A DNA stretch of 14,347 bases, from positions 1 through 14,347 of the forward strand of contig JAWANB010000025.1 of assembly GCA_038895675.1 (NCBI GenBank), given 5' to 3'. Origin of the DNA: Candidatus Iainarchaeum sp. Lineage in GTDB: Archaea > Iainarchaeota > Iainarchaeia > Iainarchaeales > Iainarchaeaceae. The position numbers were made by a program, and so were the translations under genes. Positions 1-5,692 of this stretch are shown in pieces. Below the pieces are notes generated by a model, which searched no databases, was not told the DNA's origin, and worked only from the letters and a program-made list of their open reading frames with translations. Positions within the stretch are counted from its first letter, which is position 1; each line of letters opens with the position of its first letter.

Positions 1-1
1 C

Positions 2-634
2 ACTGACCCTTCTCAGGTTTCGTTGGTTGATTTTTCTTTGCCTAATTCTTCTTTCAAGGTTTTTGAATTGCCTCAACCTTTAAGGTTGGGTGTTGATTTG
101 AATTATTTGAATCAGGTTTTTTCGAGGGCTAAGGCTAATGATGTTGTCGAGATTTCTTTGTCTGCAGATTCAAAGTTTTCCATTGTTTTTAGTGGTGTGG
201 CAAAGAGGAGTTTTGTAGTTCCTTTATTAGATCTTGCTTCTCAGGAAATACCTGTTCCTAAAATTGACTTTGATGCTGAGTTGAAAATGAATGCTGGTCT
301 TTTGCAGGATTGTTTGAAGGATGTTTCTCTTGTTTCTACTCACGTTGTTCTTTCGGTTGTTGATGGTTGTTTTGTTGTTAGTGCTAATTCAAGCAAGGGT
401 AATGTTGAGAATTCTTATTCTGTAGAAGAGCATAGTTTGATTTCTCTTTCTGCTAAAAGTAATTGTAAGGCGATGTTTCCTTTGGATTATTTAACAAACT
501 TTTTCAAGGCAGCTTCTTCTGACACTGAAGTTGTTTTGAAATTAAAGTCAGATGCTCCTATTGAAGTATCTTATTCTTTTGGTGGTGCTACTTTGCGTTA
601 TTTCCTTGCTCCGCGCATTGAAGATTCTCAATAA
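2..634 (+). CDS. pcn: DNA sliding clamp PCNA, paralogue 1 (5'-truncated by window edge)
   Basis: Frame is open from base 2 (TDPSQVSLVDF...). PCNA motifs: DPSxVxLVD, interdomain loop PLLDLASQEIPVPKIDF, LKDVSL, LDYL and canonical C-terminal YFLAPRIE. TAA at 632-634. The ORF-track start at 23 is internal. Confidence 0.95.
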   Translation, partial: TDPSQVSLVDFSLPNSSFKVFELPQPLRLGVDLNYLNQVFSRAKANDVVEISLSADSKFSIVFSGVAKRSFVVPLLDLASQEIPVPKIDFDAELKMNAGLLQDCLKDVSLVSTHVVLSVVDGCFVVSANSSKGNVENSYSVEEHSLISLSAKSNCKAMFPLDYLTNFFKAASSDTEVVLKLKSDAPIEVSYSFGGATLRYFLAPRIEDSQ

Positions 635-669
635 TTTTTTTGCTTTTTTTTTATTTCGTGTTTTTTTTT
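635..669 (+). terminator. Oligo-T archaeal terminator candidate after PCNA-1
   Basis: T7, T9 and T9 runs directly after the stop codon. Specificity is weak because the strand is T-rich overall. Confidence 0.4.
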
Positions 670-685
670 AGATTTGCTGCATTTT

Positions 686-1132
686 CTATTGTTGTTCTTC
701 TATTTTTTCTATTTTTTTTATTCTTTTTTTGTGTCTTTTTTCTTTGCTTGGTTTTGCTTTTAGGAATGCTTCAAGTATTTTTTCTGCTCTTCTTTTTGAG
801 TATGTTCTTCCTCCTAAGCATATTATGTTTGCGTTGTTGTGTTCTCTTGCTAGTTTTGCCGTGTATTCGTTGAAAGGGTTTGCTGCTCTTATTCCTTTTA
901 TTTTGTTTGCTGTTATGCTCATTCCTATTCCTGTTCCGCAAATAAGCACGCCTATACTTTTTTTGTCTTTTGTTACTTCTTCAGCTACTTTTTTTGCGTA
1001 ATCAGGGTAGTCGCTTTGGTTCTGTTCAAAAGTGCCGTGGTCTATTATTATGTTTTTTGTTTTTTCTAATTTTTTTTTCAAGTATTCTTTTGTTTTGTAG
1101 CCTGCGTGGTCTGAGCCTAAGTGTATTTTCAT
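686..1132 (-). CDS. rpiB: Ribose-5-phosphate isomerase B (RpiB/LacAB family)
   Basis: Motifs GSDHAG, DYPDYA, CGTGIG (catalytic Cys), AREHNNANIICLGGR and C-terminal RH..RI; 148 aa. Confidence 0.96.
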   Translation of the reverse strand: MKIHLGSDHAGYKTKEYLKKKLEKTKNIIIDHGTFEQNQSDYPDYAKKVAEEVTKDKKSIGVLICGTGIGMSITANKIKGIRAANPFNEYTAKLAREHNNANIICLGGRTYSKRRAEKILEAFLKAKPSKEKRHKKRIKKIEKIEEQQ

Positions 1133-1150
1133 GTTTTTTATTGTTGAGAC

Positions 1151-1172
1151 AAAGGATTTAAACCATTACCTT
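1151..1172. promoter_or_regulatory. Bidirectional archaeal promoter (palindromic TTTAAA with purine-rich BRE-like sequence 5' on each strand)
   Basis: TTTAAA at 1157-1162 lies 24 nt from the rpiB ATG (1132, minus) and 24 nt from the PCNA-2 ATG (1187, plus). This spacing fits leaderless transcripts. Confidence 0.7.
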
Positions 1173-1186
1173 TATTGTTTTGTTTT

Positions 1187-1909
1187 ATGATAGAGCTCAA
1201 GAATGTTGGTTTTTTTAAGTCCAGCATTGAAGCTATTTCGCCTTTTATTCCTGAGGGTAATTTTAGGTTTAATGAAAAAGGTATTCATTTTAGGTCTATT
1301 GATCCGAGTCAAATTTTGTTGGTTGATTATTTTGTTGACAAGTCGGCTTTTGACAAGTTTTCTATAGAGCCTGCTTTTGTTGGTTTGAATATTTCCGAGT
1401 TGGAGAAAGTTTTCAATAGAGCCATGCCTAATGATGTTGCAATAATTTCCTTGTCCGAGTCTGAGATTGTTATTACTTTTAAGAATGAGCTTGAGCGTTC
1501 TTTTAGGATTCCTTTGATTGATGTTTCTGATGAAGAGCAAAAGCTTCCTCAAGAAAATTATGATTCTTTTATTGAAATTTCTGCAAGGCTTTTGAAAGAG
1601 GCTTTGAAGGACGCTTCTGTTTTTGGTTCTGGCGTTGTTTTTAGAGTCAAGGGTGAAAAGTTTTTTCTTGAGTCTAAAGGCGATTCTGGTTCTATGAATT
1701 TGAGTTCTTTGCATTCTAAGTTTATTAAAGTTAAGTCAAAGGCAGAGTCTGTTTCAAAGTATTCTTTGAGTTATTTACAAAATATTGTTAGGAGTTCTGA
1801 CGCTGATTCTGTTATTTCTATTGCTTTTAAGAGCGAGGCTCCTATGAAAATTTCTTATAAGATAGGTCCAAGCAGCATTACTTTCTATTTGGCTCACATG
1901 TTGTTATGA
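1187..1909 (+). CDS. pcn: DNA sliding clamp PCNA, paralogue 2 (divergent C-terminus)
   Basis: 240 aa from ATG 1187 (alternative TTG 1175). Motifs FFKSSIEAI..FI.EGNFRFNEKGI, IDPSQILLVD, PLIDV, LKDAS, KYSLSYL, EAPMKISY, ITFYLA. Confidence 0.93.
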   Translation: MIELKNVGFFKSSIEAISPFIPEGNFRFNEKGIHFRSIDPSQILLVDYFVDKSAFDKFSIEPAFVGLNISELEKVFNRAMPNDVAIISLSESEIVITFKNELERSFRIPLIDVSDEEQKLPQENYDSFIEISARLLKEALKDASVFGSGVVFRVKGEKFFLESKGDSGSMNLSSLHSKFIKVKSKAESVSKYSLSYLQNIVRSSDADSVISIAFKSEAPMKISYKIGPSSITFYLAHMLL

Positions 1910-2131
1910 TTTTTTTGTCTGTTTGTTTTTGTTGGTTTTTAGTCAGTCGTTTTTTTTACTATTAGATTTTTTTTAATTAGTTTTTTTTGGTTTTTTAAGT
2001 TGTGTTTTTTTAGGCGTTTAATTTTTTGTGGCTTTTTTTTGTTTATTTTTGCCATTTTTTGGTTTGTAAGTATTTTTTTGTGTTTTGTTTTTTTGTGTTA
2101 ATTTTTTGTTTGTTTTGTTTGTATTTTTTTT

Positions 2132-3133
2132 ATGAATTTTAGTAGTGATGACTTGGTTTTTGCTTTAAAGTATCCTTTTTCAGAGTTGGGTAAAAAAATT
2201 ATTTTGAGTTCTAAGATTTCTTTGGATGATGTTCCAGAAAAGCCTCTTAAGAGGGCTGAGGCTTTGGTTAAATTGGCTATTAGTGGTGCTAATTACGAGC
2301 CTCAAGTTAGGAAAGATAGGGATTCTTTGCTAGTTGAAATTCTTGCTTTTCCTTTGTCAAAGGTTCTTGTTGCTGTTGTTGACAAGTTTGAGGTTAAGAG
2401 GAAGTATTTGCAGTTTCTTTCTGATTACTTTTTTTCTTCTCTTTCCGAAGCTGACGATAAGGAACTTTTTGGTTTGGCTTTAGAATTGAAAATTAATTTT
2501 TTGCCTGCTGACAAAGGTTCTTTGCAAAATTTTTTTGCTGTAGTTTCTTTGGTTGATTTTTTGCGTGTTGAGCATTCTAATGTTGAGTCTAAACTTGTGA
2601 ACCAAGTTTTGGTTAATGGTTTTGTTTATTTTTCAAAGCGTGGTTTTGCGAGGCTTGTTTCTGACATTGCGGTTTCTGAAGTAGAGTCTTCTTTAGCTAA
2701 GCCTTCTAAGGTTGATGTTAAAATTCTTGACTCTGCAAAGGTAATTAGAGATGCTTTTTCAAAAAGCTTTGTTTCTTTTGAAAGTGTTGCTTTTGGTCCT
2801 GTAAAGTCAGAAGCTTTTCCTCCTTGCATGGCTAAGATTTACAATGATTTGTTGTCTGGTTCTAACGTTTCTCACATGGCGCGTTTTTCTTTGGCTACTT
2901 TTTTGAATTCTATTGGCATGCCTGTTGAGAAAATTGTTGATGCTTTTAGAAAGGCGCCTAATTTTAATGAGAAGATAACTCGTTATCAGGTTGAGAGAAT
3001 TTCAAACTCTAAAATTTCCGGCAAGTCTTATTCTTGTCCTGCTTGTGATAAGATGCGTTCTTATGGTCTTTGTGTTGCCAATTGTCCTGTTCATTCTCCT
3101 TTGGAGTTTTACAGGCTCGAGTTTAAAAAATAA
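2132..3133 (+). CDS. priL: DNA primase large (regulatory, 4Fe-4S) subunit PriL
   Basis: N-terminal KYPFS, FPPCM, HMARFSLATFL, FNEKITRYQVERI and YSCPACDKMRSYGLCVANC...PL, which supply the Fe-S cysteines. Adjacent to PCNA. Confidence 0.95.
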   Translation: MNFSSDDLVFALKYPFSELGKKIILSSKISLDDVPEKPLKRAEALVKLAISGANYEPQVRKDRDSLLVEILAFPLSKVLVAVVDKFEVKRKYLQFLSDYFFSSLSEADDKELFGLALELKINFLPADKGSLQNFFAVVSLVDFLRVEHSNVESKLVNQVLVNGFVYFSKRGFARLVSDIAVSEVESSLAKPSKVDVKILDSAKVIRDAFSKSFVSFESVAFGPVKSEAFPPCMAKIYNDLLSGSNVSHMARFSLATFLNSIGMPVEKIVDAFRKAPNFNEKITRYQVERISNSKISGKSYSCPACDKMRSYGLCVANCPVHSPLEFYRLEFKK

Positions 3134-3181
3134 TTTTTTTTGGAATGTTCTTTTTATTTAATCTTCTGTTTTTCTTATTTT

Positions 3182-4456
3182 ATGCGTGAGTATTGTTTGG
3201 ATTTGCAGCTTCATGGTAAATTTGCCGGCGGTGTTAGTAAGAGCATGGAGTTGCCTGTTTTGTCTCAACAGGCAAAGTTGAAAGGTCTTGATGTTCTTTC
3301 TACTGGCGACATTTTGCACAAGCGTTGGTTTTCTCATGTGCGTGAAAACGTTGTTGAGGAAAGCAATGGTGTTTATGCTGATAAGAATGGTAATTGTTAT
3401 TTTATTGTTGGTGGTGAGCTTGAGGATAAGGATGGAATTCATCATCTTTTTTATTTGCCTTCTCTTGAGTCTGCTTTAGAGTTAAGACAAAGACTTTTGC
3501 CTTTTGGTAATCTTGATTGTGCTTTGTGTGGCAGGCCTTTTGTGAAACTTTCTCCTGAAAAGATTGCTGAGAATGTTTGTGATGTTGGTGGCGTTTTTGG
3601 GCCTGCTCATTCTTTCACGCCTTACACCGGCATTTATGCTTTTTACGATTCTTTAAAGTCCGCTTATGGTGTCATGAGTGATAAGTTGTATTTTATTGAA
3701 CTTGGTTTGAGCGCTGACACTTTTCTTGCTGACCTAATTTCTGAAAATCATGCTTATTCTTTTTTGACTTCAAGTGATGCTCATAGCCCTTGGCCTAATC
3801 GTCTTGGAAGAGAGTTTGTTAAAATTAAAATGCATAAGCCTGATTTCAATAATTTGAAGAGGGCTTTTTGTGAGCGTGAAGATAAGCTAATTACTTTGAA
3901 CGTAGGCCTTGATCCTAAGGAAGGCAAGTATCATTGCACTGCTTGTTCTAATTGTTTTTTGAAGTATTCCTTGGCTGATGCCGTTGCTTTGAATTGGAAG
4001 TGCTCTAAGTGTGGGCATGACATAAAGCGTGGTGTCAGAGATAGAATAATGTTGTTGAAAAACACTGCTGAAGGTGTTCACCCTAATTTTAGGCCTGATT
4101 ATTTGCACATTCTTCCTTTGCTTGAAATAATTCAGTCAGCTTTGGCTGTCAAAGGAGTTAATACTAAAGCTGTTAATTCTAAGTGGTTTGAGCTCGTTGA
4201 GTTGTTTGGCAATGAAATAAAAATTTTGACCGAAGTTAATGAGTCAGAGTTGATTGCTGAGGGCATTGTTGGTGAATTCATTGTTGCTTTTAGAAAAGGT
4301 TTTGTAATTTATTTGCCAGGCGGCGGTGGCAAATATGGAAAGCCTATTGTTTGTAGGTCTGAAGAAGAGTTTAACAAGGTTAGTGCTGAATTAAAGTTTG
4401 AGTCTCATTGTCCAGACAACGCTCCTCAAAAGAAAATTTTGTCTTTTTTAAAATAA
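3182..4456 (+). CDS. endoQ: Endonuclease Q family protein (PHP domain + Zn ribbon, TIGR00375-like) with C-terminal PIP box
   Basis: AKLKGL..L.TGD, ELED...HHL, GRP, GPAHSFTP, ELGLSAD, SDAHSP...LGRE, GLDP..GKYH.TACxxC...CxxCG..IKRGVRDR, PGGGGKYG, and terminal QKKILSFL. ATG 3182 is preferred over TTG 3140, with AT-rich TTTATTTAA at 3153-3161. Confidence 0.92.
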   Translation: MREYCLDLQLHGKFAGGVSKSMELPVLSQQAKLKGLDVLSTGDILHKRWFSHVRENVVEESNGVYADKNGNCYFIVGGELEDKDGIHHLFYLPSLESALELRQRLLPFGNLDCALCGRPFVKLSPEKIAENVCDVGGVFGPAHSFTPYTGIYAFYDSLKSAYGVMSDKLYFIELGLSADTFLADLISENHAYSFLTSSDAHSPWPNRLGREFVKIKMHKPDFNNLKRAFCEREDKLITLNVGLDPKEGKYHCTACSNCFLKYSLADAVALNWKCSKCGHDIKRGVRDRIMLLKNTAEGVHPNFRPDYLHILPLLEIIQSALAVKGVNTKAVNSKWFELVELFGNEIKILTEVNESELIAEGIVGEFIVAFRKGFVIYLPGGGGKYGKPIVCRSEEEFNKVSAELKFESHCPDNAPQKKILSFLK

Positions 4457-4613
4457 ATTGTTTTTCAACTTTTTTGCTTTGTAGAACTCATTTTTGCTTT
4501 TTTAAAGTCGTTAGCTTGTTTTGATAGACAAAGTCAATTTTTTGTAACTTTTGTTTGATTTAAAAGTCATTTCTACAGAGCCCAACTTTTTTGTAAGACT
4601 TTTTTTTCAAATT

Positions 4614-4630
4614 CCGAGCTATTATATAAA
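4614..4630 (+). promoter_or_regulatory. TATA box for wHTH gene (probably leaderless)
   Basis: TTATATAAA at 4622-4630 ends 21 nt before ATG 4652. No SD motif is present. Confidence 0.6.
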
Positions 4631-4651
4631 GTTTTTCTTCGTATTTTTGTT

Positions 4652-5296
4652 ATGCATAGGCTTTCTTTGTTGCAGAAAAAAATTGGTTTTCAGTTAGTTA
4701 GTTCTCCAAAGTCGCCTGAAGAAATTTCAAGGCTTTTAGGGGTTTCTATTGCTGAAGTGAATTCTGCTCTTAAAGAAATGCTCAAACTCGGTTTGGTAAA
4801 AGTTGAAGGCTATCCTCAAAAGTATTTTTTGGCTCCTGAAATCTTGGAGCGTGTTAAGGCGAGAAAAGAAATTAGTGAAAAAGACCCTTTTGAGTTGAGG
4901 CTCAAAGCAATTATTGAGTTCAAGGCTGTTGAAGAAACTTTTTTGTTCAAGAACATGAGTGAAATAGAGTCGAAGTTGAGGGCTGAAAAAGACTTTACTA
5001 TTTATGACATTTTCAAGGCAAAACCATTGCAATCAGGAGTGCATTTCAGTTCCTATCTTGAAGTAAACTTCAGTATCAAAGACTTTACTAAAATCATTTA
5101 TTTCATGTACTTTTATGGTCCTACTTCCGTTGAAGTAATAAAACCCAACAAAATAGTCATTGCAATGGACGACTTACAAGACGCCTTAATGTACATGGCT
5201 GAAATGATTCAATCTTACAACGAAGCAATGCTAAAGTACATTGCAAAAGAAGAACTTGAAGACTTCGCAAAATCACTTTATCAACCAAAAGATTAG
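4652..5296 (+). CDS. Winged helix-turn-helix protein (TrmB/ArsR-like N-terminus) fused to a conserved archaeal domain of unknown function
   Basis: N-terminal SPEEISRLLGVSIAEVNSALKEMLKLGLV...KYFL matches a wHTH pattern. The C-terminal part (LKAIIEF...FSSYLEVNF...FMYFYGPTSVEVIKP) resembles, from memory, an uncharacterised family found in DPANN, Thermococcales and Methanococcales. Confidence 0.75.
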   Translation: MHRLSLLQKKIGFQLVSSPKSPEEISRLLGVSIAEVNSALKEMLKLGLVKVEGYPQKYFLAPEILERVKARKEISEKDPFELRLKAIIEFKAVEETFLFKNMSEIESKLRAEKDFTIYDIFKAKPLQSGVHFSSYLEVNFSIKDFTKIIYFMYFYGPTSVEVIKPNKIVIAMDDLQDALMYMAEMIQSYNEAMLKYIAKEELEDFAKSLYQPKD

Positions 5297-5341
5297 TCTT
5301 TCAAAGCTAATAACGTGCTTTAGGAATTAGGCAATAGTTAG

Positions 5342-5380
5342 AGAGTATATAGAGTATATATAGTTCTTATTATAGTTCTT
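5342..5380. repeat. Short tandem direct repeats in intergenic region
   Basis: AGAGTATAT x2 (5342-5350, 5351-5359) and TATAGTTCTT x2 (5359-5368, 5371-5380). Confidence 0.7.
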
Positions 5381-5581
5381 TACTTCTTCTTCACTTAAAC
5401 AAACCTCAAAATTCGTTCTTTGACGATACTTTTTTATTTTTTTAGTTGGTTTTTTATTTGATTTTATGTTTTTTACTTTTCTTGTCAAACCAAGTTTTCG
5501 TTTATTGCCTTATTCTTTTTCGTATTTAGCCTTAAAAATTATGGCTTTTTTTGCCTTTTTTTCGGGTTTTGAAACCCTAAA

Positions 5582-5597
5582 CCGAAACCTATTTAAA
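5582..5597 (+). promoter_or_regulatory. BRE + TATA promoter of S-layer gene
   Basis: CCGAAA (BRE-like, 5582-5587) followed by TATTTAAA (5590-5597). This predicts a TSS near 5620 and a leader of about 70 nt. Confidence 0.75.
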
Positions 5598-5624
5598 CAA
5601 AGTGAGTGTGAAGATAATAAAGTT

Positions 5625-5657
5625 CATTCACCTTGCCAGCAGTGGCAAGAGGGAATG
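5625..5657 (+). promoter_or_regulatory. 5'-UTR stem-loop of S-layer mRNA
   Basis: CTTGCCA(5632-5638)-GCAG-TGGCAAG(5643-5649) forms a perfect 7-bp stem, extended by CATTC(5625-5629)/GAATG(5653-5657). Confidence 0.7.
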
Positions 5658-5678
5658 TATTTTCATTGTGAGTGAAGT

Positions 5679-5685
5679 GAGGTGA
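5679..5685 (+). promoter_or_regulatory. Shine-Dalgarno site of S-layer gene
   Basis: GAGGTGA, 7 nt before ATG 5693. Confidence 0.85.
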
Positions 5686-5692
5686 AACAAAA

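Noticed and set aside
640..1161. Plus-strand F/L-rich ORFs 640-873, 729-1001 and 970-1161 resembling membrane proteins
   Set aside because: They are antisense shadows of rpiB; their hydrophobicity comes from the T-rich strand.
1172..4108. Minus or alternate-frame ORFs 1172-1714, 2626-2829, 3158-3445, 3288-3479 and 3887-4108
   Set aside because: They overlap well-supported PCNA-2, priL and endoQ genes and have no recognisable motifs.
4988..5090. AAAGACTTTACTA repeated twice in the wHTH gene
   Set aside because: It is a short repeat encoding KDFT twice and is likely coincidental.
5466..5675. 69-aa plus ORF upstream of the S-layer gene (possible leader peptide)
   Set aside because: It runs through the predicted promoter and leader hairpin, has no SD, and starts in low-complexity T-rich sequence.
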